This document shows, one piece after another, positions 28,815 through 38,708 of a stretch of 64,000 bases of DNA. How positions within the stretch are numbered: position 1 is the first letter of the stretch; every line of letters starts with the position of its first letter. Source of the DNA: Candidatus Sericytochromatia bacterium (GTDB lineage Bacteria > Cyanobacteriota > Sericytochromatia > S15B-MN24 > VGJW01); NCBI GenBank assembly GCA_035285865.1, contig JAYKHS010000005.1, positions 32,001 through 96,000 of the forward strand. Reading direction: 5' to 3'. The position numbers and the translations under genes were made by a program. The notes below the pieces were generated by a model. The model made no database searches, had not been told where the DNA came from, and saw nothing but the letters and a program-made list of their open reading frames with translations.

Positions 28815-29597
28815 ATGATGGGAGCACTCTACAGCGCGGCCTCGGGGATGAAGGCCCAGCAGCTGAATATCGACGTCATCTCCAACAATCTCGCGAACGT
28901 CAACACCGGGGGCTTCAAGAAGTCCCGGGCCGAGTTCCAGGACCTCCTCTACCGCACCATCGCCGAGGCCGGCGTCCCGGTCAGCGGGGGCTCCAACACG
29001 CCGGTCGGCACCCAGGTGGGTACCGGTACCCGCTCCATCGCCATCTCCAAGGTCTTCAGCCAGGGCGACTTCAACCAGACGGACAATCCCCTCGATCTGA
29101 CGATCGAGAACGACGGCTTCTTCGTCGTGCAGATGCCCGATGGCACCCAGGCCTTCACGCGTGATGGTGCCCTCAAGATCGATCGCACGGGCCAGATCGT
29201 GACGGCAGAGGGTTATCCCCTCGTCCCGAACATCACCATCCCCCCTGGCGTGGTGCGCCCCAATGTCAGCCCGGAAGGCATCATCACGGCGACCATCGCG
29301 GGCGTGAACACGACGCTCGGCCAGCTTCAACTGGCGCGCTTCCTGAACCCTTCGGGCCTCAGTGCCGTGGGCCACAACCTCTACCGCGTGACCAACGCGT
29401 CCGGTGATCCCATTCAGGGCCTGCCCGGCATCGATGGCATGGGCAGCGTGATGCAGGGTTACCTCGAGGGCTCGAACGTCCGTGTCGTCGACGAGATGGT
29501 CAACCTGATCGTCGCCCAGCGCGCTTACGAGGCCAACAGCAAGTCGATCCAGACCTCGGACGACATGCTCAGCCAGGCCAACACCCTGAAGCGGTAG
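28815..29597 (+). CDS. flgG: Flagellar distal rod protein FlgG
   Basis: ISNNLANVNTGGFKKSRAEFQDLLY, QRAYEANSK. Confidence 0.95.
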   Translation: MMGALYSAASGMKAQQLNIDVISNNLANVNTGGFKKSRAEFQDLLYRTIAEAGVPVSGGSNTPVGTQVGTGTRSIAISKVFSQGDFNQTDNPLDLTIENDGFFVVQMPDGTQAFTRDGALKIDRTGQIVTAEGYPLVPNITIPPGVVRPNVSPEGIITATIAGVNTTLGQLQLARFLNPSGLSAVGHNLYRVTNASGDPIQGLPGIDGMGSVMQGYLEGSNVRVVDEMVNLIVAQRAYEANSKSIQTSDDMLSQANTLKR

Positions 29598-29610
29598 GAA
29601 CTGACTCGCG

Positions 29611-29958
29611 ATGAACTTGTCGATCGGACCCGCTGCCGGCCGTCTCGCCCCCGCCCCCGCCCTGGGGCCCGGTGCGGGCGGTGGGGTGGGTCGCGGTCGT
29701 GCAAGGGCCAAGGATGATCGGGGTCGCCTGGTTCAGGCGGCGCAGGAGTTCGAAGCCATCCTGGTCCAGCACATGCTGGAGACCATGCGGAAGGCCAAGC
29801 TGGCCGAGGATCCGCTCGACAAGGGCAACGCGGCGTCCATCATCCATTCGTTGCAGGACGAGGCCATGGCGCGTTCCATCTCGAAGGGCAAAGGCCTCGG
29901 GCTGGCCGATGCCATCGTGCGTGACCTCGATCTCCGGATGGCGAAGGCGCGGCACTAA
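29611..29958 (+). CDS. flgJ: FlgJ rod-binding domain only (no muramidase)
   Basis: AAQEFEAILVQHMLETMRK, GLGLADAI. Confidence 0.85.
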   Translation: MNLSIGPAAGRLAPAPALGPGAGGGVGRGRARAKDDRGRLVQAAQEFEAILVQHMLETMRKAKLAEDPLDKGNAASIIHSLQDEAMARSISKGKGLGLADAIVRDLDLRMAKARH

Positions 29959-29983
29959 AGTTCTCCGGGACTCCTGTCGATGA
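29956..29983 (+). promoter_or_regulatory. Sigma28-type promoter upstream of flgM
   Basis: TAAAG-N15-GTCGATGA. Confidence 0.7.
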
Positions 29984-30023
29984 TGTTCATGGGATGGAGT
30001 TCCATCCCGAAGAGGAACGGAAG

Positions 30024-30335
30024 ATGAGGATCGACCCACGGCTGCTTTCGCAGCACAACGATGTGGCGGCGACCCAGCGCAAGCGGGAAGCCGACGCCCT
30101 GAAGCCTTCGGCACCGGTTTCCGGTCCGGCGGCCCAGGTCTCGCTGTCCGGTCCCGGTGAGGCGCTTCAGCGATTCGGCGCGGTGCTTGGCAAGTCCGAG
30201 GTCAACCGTTCCGAGCTGGTGGCGCGCCTCAAGGCGGAGGTCGAAGCTGGAACCTACCAGCCGAGCGGGGAATCCATCGCCAAGGCGATCCTCGATCGCG
30301 ACGCCGACGCCGTCGACGTCGACGCCCTCCGTTAG
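30024..30335 (+). CDS. flgM: Anti-sigma28 factor FlgM
   Basis: QVSLS, RSELVARLKAEVEAGTYQPSGESIAKAI. Confidence 0.85.
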   Translation: MRIDPRLLSQHNDVAATQRKREADALKPSAPVSGPAAQVSLSGPGEALQRFGAVLGKSEVNRSELVARLKAEVEAGTYQPSGESIAKAILDRDADAVDVDALR

Positions 30336-30344
30336 GGGTCGGCC

Positions 30345-30851
30345 ATGGAAGCCCTCGAAGTCTTTGTCTCTTGCCTGGAGCGGGAGGTCAAGGCTTACGA
30401 GGGTTTCTTGGCGCGCCTGCCGCTGAAGCTGGCGCTGATGCGCAAGAATCAGGTGGGTCCGCTCGCCGCTCTGGTGGCGAGAGAGGAAGACGACAGGCGG
30501 ACCCTGGTGGCCATCGAGGTCGAACGTCGTGGCGCTGCGCGTCCGGTCGCGGCTGCACTGGGCTTGTCCGAGGCAGCGTCCTTGAGAGAGATGGCGGATG
30601 CGCTTGGCGGCGAAGCGCGTGAGCGGGTCCTCGCGCTGCGTGAGCGGCTCGCCGAGGTGCTGGGGCGTTTGCGTGCCGGCCAGGAAACTGCGTCGCTGTT
30701 GGCTCAAGCCAGCCTCGATTACGTCGGATTCTCCCTCGGGCTTTTCAGCCGAGCCCTCAACCCCGAGGTCCAACTGGCCGACATGACTTATGGGGGAATG
30801 CCCGGCGGCGTCGGGCGCGCAGCCTCCAGCCTGCTCGACCGGACGGCCTGA
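30345..30851 (+). CDS. flgN: Flagellar export chaperone FlgN
   Basis: Helical protein between flgM and flgK; ends LLDRTA. Confidence 0.8.
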   Translation: MEALEVFVSCLEREVKAYEGFLARLPLKLALMRKNQVGPLAALVAREEDDRRTLVAIEVERRGAARPVAAALGLSEAASLREMADALGGEARERVLALRERLAEVLGRLRAGQETASLLAQASLDYVGFSLGLFSRALNPEVQLADMTYGGMPGGVGRAASSLLDRTA

Positions 30852-30882
30852 GCAGGCGGGGGCCCCGAGTGGGGAGGTCCGG

Positions 30883-32445
30883 ATGTCCGCAGGCGATCTG
30901 ACGCGGCTCGGCATCAATGCGGCGACCAGGGGGTTGTTCGCGGCCCAGGCCGCCCTGACCACTGCAGGTCATGACATCACGAATGCCAACACCGAGGGGT
31001 TCAGCCGCCAGCGGGTCGAGCAGAGTTCGCTGCACCAGCAATTCCCTTTGGGCACGAATTCGGATCGGGTATTCTCGTCGATCGGCAATGGCGTCGAGGT
31101 CACGCGCGTGACGCGGCTTCGCGAAGGCTTCCTCGACGATCGGTTCAGAGCCATCAACCTCTCGTATTCGGAGCAGGCAGCCGTCAACAACGCCATTCGC
31201 GAGATCGAGGGCGTCTTCAACGAGCCATCGGATTCGGGCCTGAACGCGACGCTCGCCAGCTTCTTCGATTCGTGGCACGAGCTCTCGACGCACCCGACCG
31301 AGTCGTCTGCACGGGCGGCAGTCCGTGAGGCCGGCAAGACCCTGGCCCGCGCGCTCAACGAGACGGCGGCAGGTCTGTCTGCCGTGCGTCGGCACCTGGA
31401 CTCCCAGGTGGCGGCCGCGACCGATGAAATCAACGCCCACGTGCGCGAAATCGCGGCACTGAACGCCCAGATCGTGGCGTCTCAGGGTTCGGGGCTGTCC
31501 CCCAACGACCTGCTCGATGCGCGGGATCTTGCGTTGGATCGTCTGTCGGGGTTGGTCAAGACGAACCTGTCCACCCATTCGGATGGTTCGATCTGGGTCT
31601 ACTGCTACGGCAAGGGGCTTGTGACCGGCATTCAGGCCAATGAACTCAAGACACTGCCCGGCACCGACATGGGCTTGTCCAACATCGCGTACAAGGGCGA
31701 GCTGCTGACGCCTGAGGTTCTCGGGGGGCGCCTCAAGGGTCTGCTCGAGGTCCGTGATCAGGTCATCGGTCGGTCTCTGGTACCGGATGGGTTCAACCTG
31801 CCCAATACGCCCAATGGCTTGGCCTATCAGCTGGATCAGGTCGCCTCCCAGCTTGCCGAGGCCGTCAACGCGCTGCATGCCGCCGGTACCAACCTGGCGG
31901 GAACACCGTCGATCGAGTTCTTCGCCGTAGATGCCGCCCGAGTGACGGAAGGCGCGAGCCTGAGCCGTACGACCATCACGGCGCATTCGATCGCGGTCAA
32001 CGATCTGCTGGTGGAGGCCGGTCTGCCCGGACTAGATCTGATCTCGGCGGGGGGTGCGCCGACGACGGACCCCGTCACCGGCCTGCCCGTCACGCCCAAA
32101 CCGGCAGACAACCGCACGGCATTAGCCATCGCACAGCTGCGGGACCGGCCACTCATCCGTGCATCGTTTCCCTATGCGGGCGGGTCTCAGGAGTTCTCGG
32201 TCCAGGATTACTACCGAAACATCCTGACGACGCTGGGTGTTTCCGGACAGGCCGCCGATCGGCAGGAGGCCAACCAGAAGGCCTTGCGCGAGAACGTGGA
32301 GTCACAGCGCCAGGCCGTCAGCGGCGTGAATCTGGATGAGGAGTTCGCCAGCATGATCAAGCATCAGCACGCCTATGCGGCCTCGGCACGCTTGATCACG
32401 GTCTTCGACGACATGATGAAGACCGTCGTCGAGCTGGTGAGGTAG
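30883..32445 (+). CDS. flgK: Hook-associated protein FlgK
   Basis: GHDITNANTEGFSRQ, PNDLLDARD, SGVNLDEE, QHAYAASAR. Confidence 0.95.
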   Translation: MSAGDLTRLGINAATRGLFAAQAALTTAGHDITNANTEGFSRQRVEQSSLHQQFPLGTNSDRVFSSIGNGVEVTRVTRLREGFLDDRFRAINLSYSEQAAVNNAIREIEGVFNEPSDSGLNATLASFFDSWHELSTHPTESSARAAVREAGKTLARALNETAAGLSAVRRHLDSQVAAATDEINAHVREIAALNAQIVASQGSGLSPNDLLDARDLALDRLSGLVKTNLSTHSDGSIWVYCYGKGLVTGIQANELKTLPGTDMGLSNIAYKGELLTPEVLGGRLKGLLEVRDQVIGRSLVPDGFNLPNTPNGLAYQLDQVASQLAEAVNALHAAGTNLAGTPSIEFFAVDAARVTEGASLSRTTITAHSIAVNDLLVEAGLPGLDLISAGGAPTTDPVTGLPVTPKPADNRTALAIAQLRDRPLIRASFPYAGGSQEFSVQDYYRNILTTLGVSGQAADRQEANQKALRENVESQRQAVSGVNLDEEFASMIKHQHAYAASARLITVFDDMMKTVVELVR

Positions 32446-32455
32446 GGAGGTAGCC

Positions 32456-33364
32456 ATGCGCGTATCCCAGCGGGCAATCAACGACGTCACGGTCGCCAAC
32501 CTTGGTGTCAGCCTCGAGAAGATGCTGCATCTGCAGGAAAAGATCTCGACGGGGCGCGCCATCAGTCGGCCTTCCGACCAGCCCATCGACTTCAACCGCT
32601 CCATGGGCATCCGGTCGGTGCTCGAGGGGAACGCGCAGCAGCAGCGCAACATCGAGTTCGCCAGGTCCTGGTTGAACTCCACGGATTCGGCCATCCAGCA
32701 GGCAACCAGCATCGTGCATCGTGCCCGCGAATTGGCCGTTCGTGGGGCGAACGATTCGATGGATCCCCTCGCTCGCCAGCAGATGGCAGCCGAGGTGCGC
32801 CAGTTGCGAGAGCAGATGAGGGTTGTCGGCAACACCGACTTGGGCGGCCGCTATCTCTTCGCGGGTTCGGACCAGCTGGAAACACCCTATCCCACGGGTG
32901 CTCCCGATCTCAACAACAGGGACGAACTGGCCTTCGAGGTCGGTATGAAGGTCACGATGACCTACAACGTGCCGGGTCATATCGTGTTTGGCGACACCGC
33001 GGTCGATGGGACGGGCAATCCGGTGGATCCGACCAATGTGTTCAAGGTATTGGATGATCTGAACACGGCACTCACGAGCAACGATGGGGCGGGAATTGCC
33101 CGTATGCTCGGCATGTTCGACGCGCGGCTCGAGAAGTTCCTCGCAGCTCAGGCCGAGATTGGTGCCAAGGTCAACCGACTGGACCTGTTGACGGACAGGC
33201 TGGAAGATCAGAGGGTCAACCTGCAAGGCCTGAAGAGCGAAGCCGAAGATGCAGACATCGCGACGCTCATCACGGACCTGAACCAGCAGGACTCGGTCTA
33301 TCGTGCCTCGCTCGCGGCAACCCAGCGCGTCATCCAGCCGACCTTGCTCGACTACTTGAGGTGA
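32456..33364 (+). CDS. flgL: Hook-associated protein FlgL
   Basis: ISTGRAISRPSD, GRYLFAG, IQPTLLDYLR. Confidence 0.95.
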   Translation: MRVSQRAINDVTVANLGVSLEKMLHLQEKISTGRAISRPSDQPIDFNRSMGIRSVLEGNAQQQRNIEFARSWLNSTDSAIQQATSIVHRARELAVRGANDSMDPLARQQMAAEVRQLREQMRVVGNTDLGGRYLFAGSDQLETPYPTGAPDLNNRDELAFEVGMKVTMTYNVPGHIVFGDTAVDGTGNPVDPTNVFKVLDDLNTALTSNDGAGIARMLGMFDARLEKFLAAQAEIGAKVNRLDLLTDRLEDQRVNLQGLKSEAEDADIATLITDLNQQDSVYRASLAATQRVIQPTLLDYLR

Positions 33365-33834
33365 GTTTCGTGGAAATTGTTTCGCAGCAGCTGGGCTGTC
33401 TCGAGTACGGTGAACAGGACCTGCTGTCCTTCCCCGACGGCATCCTGGGCTTTCCGCAATGGCATGGCTATCTTCTGGTGGACCAGGATGACGTGGCACC
33501 CCTCCGCTGGCTGCAGCCTGTCGACGAGCCGGCCGTGACGTTCACGGTTCTGGACCCCTACCTGTTCATTCCTGACTATCGTGTCAGGCTCGGTGACGAG
33601 GACCGAACGGCCCTCGACCTGAAGGACGAGGACGAGCCCGCCGTCCTCGTGCTGGTCACGATTCCCGAGGATCCCAGCCAAATGACGGCAAATCTCCTCG
33701 GCCCGTTGGTCTTCAACCCGCGGACGAGCAGGGGGCGTCAATTGGTCCTTCACGACAGCGGCTACCCGATCCGGCATCCTCTGGTCGCGCCTGCCCCCGA
33801 GGCAGAGGCGGCGACACCTCCGGCCGCGGTGTAG
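33361..33834 (+). CDS. fliW: Flagellar assembly factor FliW
   Basis: FPDGILGF, WLQ, DPYLFIPDY, MTANLLGPLVFN. Confidence 0.93.
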   Translation: MSFVEIVSQQLGCLEYGEQDLLSFPDGILGFPQWHGYLLVDQDDVAPLRWLQPVDEPAVTFTVLDPYLFIPDYRVRLGDEDRTALDLKDEDEPAVLVLVTIPEDPSQMTANLLGPLVFNPRTSRGRQLVLHDSGYPIRHPLVAPAPEAEAATPPAAV

Positions 33835-33838
33835 ATCC

Positions 33839-34204
33839 ATGTTGGTGCTAAGCCGCAAGCTCAACCAATCCATCGTCATCGGCGAGCAGATCGAGATCGT
33901 GGTTCTCGAGATCAAAGGCGACGTCGTCAAGATCGGCGTCAAGGCCCCACGGGACGTTTCGGTATATCGCCAGGAGGTGTTCGTCGAGATCCAGGCCGAA
34001 AACACCCGGGCGGCAGGTTCCGACAGGCCCTCGACACAGGTCTCCAATGCAGGTGCCCTGCTCAAGCAGGCGCTCGGGGGCAAGCCCTTCACGGGCGCGC
34101 CGGGTGCCGGCTTCGGGCGTCCGTCCGCGGCAAAGGTTCGTCTCGATTCTCCAGGAACCGAGTCCGGAAAGGCTGGCCCCGATCCGGGCTCGGGAGCCGT
34201 CTAG
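33839..34204 (+). CDS. csrA: Carbon storage regulator CsrA with C-terminal extension
   Basis: MLVLSRKLNQSIVIG..VKIGVKAPRDVSVYRQEV. Confidence 0.95.
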   Translation: MLVLSRKLNQSIVIGEQIEIVVLEIKGDVVKIGVKAPRDVSVYRQEVFVEIQAENTRAAGSDRPSTQVSNAGALLKQALGGKPFTGAPGAGFGRPSAAKVRLDSPGTESGKAGPDPGSGAV

Positions 34205-34311
34205 CTTCGCTCGGGCTGCCTCCACCCCGATGCTGATCCCCTGGCGAGGCCCAAGTACGGTGTGCTTCCGCTACCATGGCAGCGTGCGGTGGGGTACGTA
34301 GCGGCAGGGAC

Positions 34312-35646
34312 ATGAAGATCAAGCAATTCCGGGCGCCGACGATGCAGGAGGCCATCGCCCGCATCAAGGTCGAACTCGGGTCCGATGCCGTCATCCTCCA
34401 CCAGAAGAATGTCCGGGTGGGCGGTTTTCTGGGCATCGGTGCCCGCCATGAGGTGGAGGTCCTTGCCGCCATCGACGAGACGAATCGTCCGGCACATGAG
34501 CCTGCCAGACCGCCTGCCCGACCAAGCGTGCAGGTCGACATGGACAGCGTCCTCCCGTGGGAGGTCAAGGAGGACCCTGAGCCCTCGCCGCTGCTCGAAC
34601 AGCGGGCACGGATCGTACCTGCAGCCGGGACGCCTGCTGCTGCAGTGCCTGTCTCGCCCATGCCAGCAGAGGCCGCTGAGGAACCGCAGGGTGCTCCCGT
34701 CCCGGCGCTGGAGTCCTCGGCGCTGGTTGCCGAAATCAAGGATGCCGTGCTTCGCGAGATCGGCGGCCAGATGCGTGAGAGCCTGACCTCGGCGGTGGGT
34801 GAAGTGACGCAGCGGGTCGAGGACGTGGTGTCTCGTCTCGAGCAGATGGGGCAAGCGAAGTCTGCCTGGACGCCAGGCCAGCAGCGGTTCCATGACCGTC
34901 TGGTCAAACAGGACGTCGAGCCCGCCTTGGTTCGGCAGATGCTGGCACGCCTGCATGCACTTGGCGTTGCTCATGAGCCGGCCCTCTCCGAGCGATTCCC
35001 GGACGTGTTGGGCGAGATGGTCCGTTTTGGCGGACCCATCCTGCCCCCCGGGCCGCAGCGCGAGGGACCGCGCCTGGTGGCGCTCGTCGGCCCGACCGGG
35101 GTGGGCAAGACCACCACCATCGCCAAGTTGGCCGCGACCTGGATACTGCACCACAAGGCCAGCGTCGGCCTGATCACCTTCGATACCTATCGGGTTGCGG
35201 CCGTCGACCAGCTCAAGGTCTACGGTGACATCATCGGCATTCCGGTCGAGGTCGTCCTGACACCGGGGGGGCTGCGCGAAGCTCTGAAGCGTCTGGATTC
35301 CCGAGATTTGATCCTCATCGATACTCCGGGCCGCAGCCCCTCACACAAGCTTCATCTGAGCGAGTTGCGCAGCTTCCTCGATGTGGCGCCAGAGCGCGAG
35401 GTGCACCTGGTGCTGTCGGCACCGACAACCCGAGTCAACCTGATGCAGGCCGTTGAGAGTTTCCGGCATGTGGGCGTCGATCGCCTGTTGTTCACCAAGA
35501 CCGACGAGGCCGTGACGATGGGGGCCGTTTTCTCCGTTGCCAGTGCCGTCGGGTTGCCCTTGTCCTACGTCACGGTGGGCCAGTCCGTCCCGGATGATCT
35601 GGTGGTTGCCGATCGCGACCTGATGCTCAAGGGGCTGCTGGGCTGA
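34312..35646 (+). CDS. flhF: Flagellar biosynthesis GTPase FlhF
   Basis: MKIKQF..ELGSDAVIL, GPTGVGKTTTIAKLAA, DTPGRS, TKTDE. Confidence 0.95.
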   Translation: MKIKQFRAPTMQEAIARIKVELGSDAVILHQKNVRVGGFLGIGARHEVEVLAAIDETNRPAHEPARPPARPSVQVDMDSVLPWEVKEDPEPSPLLEQRARIVPAAGTPAAAVPVSPMPAEAAEEPQGAPVPALESSALVAEIKDAVLREIGGQMRESLTSAVGEVTQRVEDVVSRLEQMGQAKSAWTPGQQRFHDRLVKQDVEPALVRQMLARLHALGVAHEPALSERFPDVLGEMVRFGGPILPPGPQREGPRLVALVGPTGVGKTTTIAKLAATWILHHKASVGLITFDTYRVAAVDQLKVYGDIIGIPVEVVLTPGGLREALKRLDSRDLILIDTPGRSPSHKLHLSELRSFLDVAPEREVHLVLSAPTTRVNLMQAVESFRHVGVDRLLFTKTDEAVTMGAVFSVASAVGLPLSYVTVGQSVPDDLVVADRDLMLKGLLG

Positions 35647-36521
35647 TGGAAGACCAGGCATCCCGGCTGCGCGAGCTGGTGCGCGACGGCCAGTCGGCCG
35701 ATCCCCGCCCGCAGGCGCGCATCATCGTCGTCACGTCTGGCAAGGGTGGCGTGGGCAAGACCAACGTGGCCGTTAACCTGGCACTGGCCATGGGCCAGTT
35801 GGGGCAGCGCGTGATCTTGTTCGACGCGGACATGGGCATGGCCAACGTGGACGTGGTGTTGAACATGTCCCCGCCCCACACCCTGACGGACGTTCTGGCC
35901 GGTCGTCGCAGCCTGCGCGAGGTTCTGGCTCCCATCGAGCCCGGTGTTCATCTTGTGCCCGGTGGCTCCGGGGTGGCCCAGTTGGCCGCATTGGAGTCGG
36001 CTCGTCTGGAGGCGACGGTCCAGCGTCTCTCGGAGCTCGAGCGCCTCTCGGACGTGATGATCGTCGACACGGGAGCCGGTATCTCGCCCAATGTCCTCGG
36101 TTTCGTGCTGGCTGCACCCGAGGTCATCGTGGTCACGACACCCGAGCCGACGTCCATCGTCGATGCCTACGGAATCATCAAGGCCATCGACCAGCGCAAC
36201 CAGCACGCCCGCGTCTGGTTGCTGGTCAACATGTGTGCGTCCGAGAACGAGGCCCGCTCCGTGTACGACCGGCTCGTGGCGATCATCGCGCGATTCCTCG
36301 GGGTCAAGGTGCGTCTGCTCGGGTGGATCGAGCGGGATCCCCAGGTTGGCCGAGCCGTCCTTCAGCAGAAGCCTTTCGTGCGTGCCTTCCCGGGAGGCGT
36401 TCCGGCAAGACGCATCGTGGCTGTTGCGGAGAAGCTGCTGGGCTTCACCGGCGTCGGTTCCGGTGCGGAGCGGCAAGGCTTCTTCGCGCGCTGGGGCCAG
36501 TGGTTCGCCCCAAAGGCTTGA
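35646..36521 (+). CDS. flhG: MinD-like ATPase FlhG/FleN
   Basis: MEDQASRLR, TSGKGGVGKTN, DTGAGI, TTPEPTS. Confidence 0.93.
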   Translation: MEDQASRLRELVRDGQSADPRPQARIIVVTSGKGGVGKTNVAVNLALAMGQLGQRVILFDADMGMANVDVVLNMSPPHTLTDVLAGRRSLREVLAPIEPGVHLVPGGSGVAQLAALESARLEATVQRLSELERLSDVMIVDTGAGISPNVLGFVLAAPEVIVVTTPEPTSIVDAYGIIKAIDQRNQHARVWLLVNMCASENEARSVYDRLVAIIARFLGVKVRLLGWIERDPQVGRAVLQQKPFVRAFPGGVPARRIVAVAEKLLGFTGVGSGAERQGFFARWGQWFAPKA

Positions 36522-36572
36522 CGGCCCACAAGGGCCGATTGACGCATCGGCTGAAGCGAATCGCGCGAGGCG

Positions 36573-37346
36573 TCAGGCTTCGGGGCGGCGACGCTTTTGT
36601 GCCAGGAACTGCCGCCCGCCGCGGATCGTGCCGAGGCTGCTGCGCAGGTCGGCTTCGAGTTCGGCGAGGACCTGCTGGACGTAGCTTTCGGCAGAGCGGC
36701 GCAAGTTCATGGCCTCGTTGCGCGCTTCGTCGAGGATGCGCTGGGCTTCGAGACGCGCGGCCGTGACCTCTGCGGCTTCGTGTAGACGACTGGCTTCGTG
36801 GCCGACGTTGCGGGGTGCACCGTGACCGTTACGGCCGGAAGGCTCGCCGGACCGGACGCTCGGGGGCACCGGCATGCTCGAGTGGACGGGTGTGTCGTGG
36901 GCTTCCCCGTGGCCTTCCGTGCGGCCGACGGCGACCGACTGGGGCGTGGTCGTGACTTCGCCTTGCGACACCGTCACGAGGATATCCGCCTCGTACCGAG
37001 GTTGGATGGTGGTCGCCATGCCATCGGCCATGACATCGACCACGGCCTCACCTGCCGTACCGGCAGCCACGAGGACGGGTTCTGGCCGCAACACGGGAGC
37101 CGCAACACGCGGGGCGCGCTCTTCAAGTTGGTAGCGGCGGACAAGGTCCTTGCCGTCCAGGCCCAGCAGGCGTGCCACCTGACGGATGTAGCCCTGAACG
37201 AAGACGGGAGCGAGGATGGTGTCGATCTGGTCCTGCTCGAGCGCCTCAAGGTAGGGCAACTTGATGTAGGTCCGGCTGGCGACCTCATCGAGCGTCAGGC
37301 CCATGGTCTCACGGGTCTGGCGAAGGACTTGAGCGACAGTCGTCAT
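36573..37346 (-). CDS. RodZ-type HTH protein with Cdv3/DivIVA-like C-terminal coiled coil
   Basis: LRQTRETMGLTLDEVASRTYIKLPYLEALE..FVQGYIRQVARLLGLD; no TM helix; tail AESYVQQVLAELEADL..IRGGRQFL. Confidence 0.75.
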   Translation of the reverse strand: MTTVAQVLRQTRETMGLTLDEVASRTYIKLPYLEALEQDQIDTILAPVFVQGYIRQVARLLGLDGKDLVRRYQLEERAPRVAAPVLRPEPVLVAAGTAGEAVVDVMADGMATTIQPRYEADILVTVSQGEVTTTPQSVAVGRTEGHGEAHDTPVHSSMPVPPSVRSGEPSGRNGHGAPRNVGHEASRLHEAAEVTAARLEAQRILDEARNEAMNLRRSAESYVQQVLAELEADLRSSLGTIRGGRQFLAQKRRRPEA

Positions 37347-37449
37347 GCGGGCGGTCGGGGTCTATGGGAGGGGGAGGACGGCATGCTCACGGAGCACGAC
37401 CGCATCATGCTAGCACGGTAGGCGCAACAGTAGGAGGGATAGGCTGTAG

Positions 37450-38646
37450 GTGACGGCCGGCCGAGCACCCCTCCGCTACAGGCTCTTGGCCGGGGCCCCG
37501 GTCCTGGCGCTCGGTGCGTGCGCCATTCTGCCCGTGGCCTACGGTACGGGCAAGGCCCAGGATGCCGGCTTGCAAGACCCCGTCGCCGACCGGCCGGCAT
37601 TCCCCGCCGCGGAGTCTGCCGCGGTTCCGGAGACAATGCTGACGCCCGCTGGACAAGAGACCGTGACGAGTCCCGCAAGCCGATCCGATCAGACCCCCCA
37701 GCCTTCGCCTTCTCCATCGCCTACGCCCCATCCCTTCCCTACGCCACGTCCTTTGCCAACGCTGGGGTCGGGCCTCGCGACCTGGCGTGTCGAGACTTGG
37801 GCGGGTCAGGACGCCACCGGTTCGCTGGACGGACCACGACTTGGCGCCACGTTCGAGGAGCTGGCCGGATTGGCCATGGGAGCGGACGGTGCCCTTTACC
37901 TTTCCGACCACAAGGGCAGGAACCTGCGTCGCATAGGATCTGACGGCGTCGTCACGACCTTGTTGGGACCGGATAGGTTGAATGGTCCGCGTGGCATTGC
38001 TCTTGCACCCTCCGGCACCCTCTATGGCTGCGAGTCGGACAGGCACCGCGTCCTTGCCTTGGAGCCCGGCGGAGAAGCACGGGTCGTGGCAGGGGGGGCC
38101 GGGATTGGCAGCGTCGATGGGCCGCCCGACGTGGCGCGATTCGATGGGCCTTGCGGAGTTGCCGTACGGCCTGATGGCCGCGTCGTCGTGGGAAGCGCAT
38201 TCCCGTTGCATGGACCAAACTCGGTTGCGGTCAAGCCCGACGGCCAAGTGCTGGTTCTGGAGCGGCAGATGGGCCGTCTCTCGCTGTTGGCGCCGGATCA
38301 GAGCGTGACCACAGTTGCCGGCGGGGGGTATCCCACCTATGCCGACGGGACGGGAGCGTCCGCCGGTTTCTCGGAGCCTTCCAAGATCTGCCTGGCACCG
38401 GACGGACGCGTCTTCGTGGGAGACGCGGGGGATCATCGGGTCCGCGTCGTCGAACCGGATGGCAGGGTATGGACCTTGGCCGGCGATGGGCCCGTGGGAT
38501 TCACGGGCGGGTCCTTTGCGGACGGAACTGGTGCGACGGCGCGTTTCAACAGGCCCATGGGGATTGCCCTCGGGAAGGACGGTGCGCTGTTCGTCGCGGA
38601 TTCGGGCAATCATCGCATCCGGAGGCTTGTTCCCCCTTCGCCGTGA
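37450..38646 (+). CDS. Secreted NHL-repeat protein
   Basis: Repeats LNGPRGIAL, RFDGPCGVAV, FNRPMGIAL..VADSGNHRIR. Confidence 0.85.
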   Translation: MTAGRAPLRYRLLAGAPVLALGACAILPVAYGTGKAQDAGLQDPVADRPAFPAAESAAVPETMLTPAGQETVTSPASRSDQTPQPSPSPSPTPHPFPTPRPLPTLGSGLATWRVETWAGQDATGSLDGPRLGATFEELAGLAMGADGALYLSDHKGRNLRRIGSDGVVTTLLGPDRLNGPRGIALAPSGTLYGCESDRHRVLALEPGGEARVVAGGAGIGSVDGPPDVARFDGPCGVAVRPDGRVVVGSAFPLHGPNSVAVKPDGQVLVLERQMGRLSLLAPDQSVTTVAGGGYPTYADGTGASAGFSEPSKICLAPDGRVFVGDAGDHRVRVVEPDGRVWTLAGDGPVGFTGGSFADGTGATARFNRPMGIALGKDGALFVADSGNHRIRRLVPPSP

Positions 38647-38708
38647 CGGTCCGGGCAATCTGTCATGGTCATTTTGGAGCCTCTGCGCCCGCGTGCTAGG
38701 CTGGCCGC

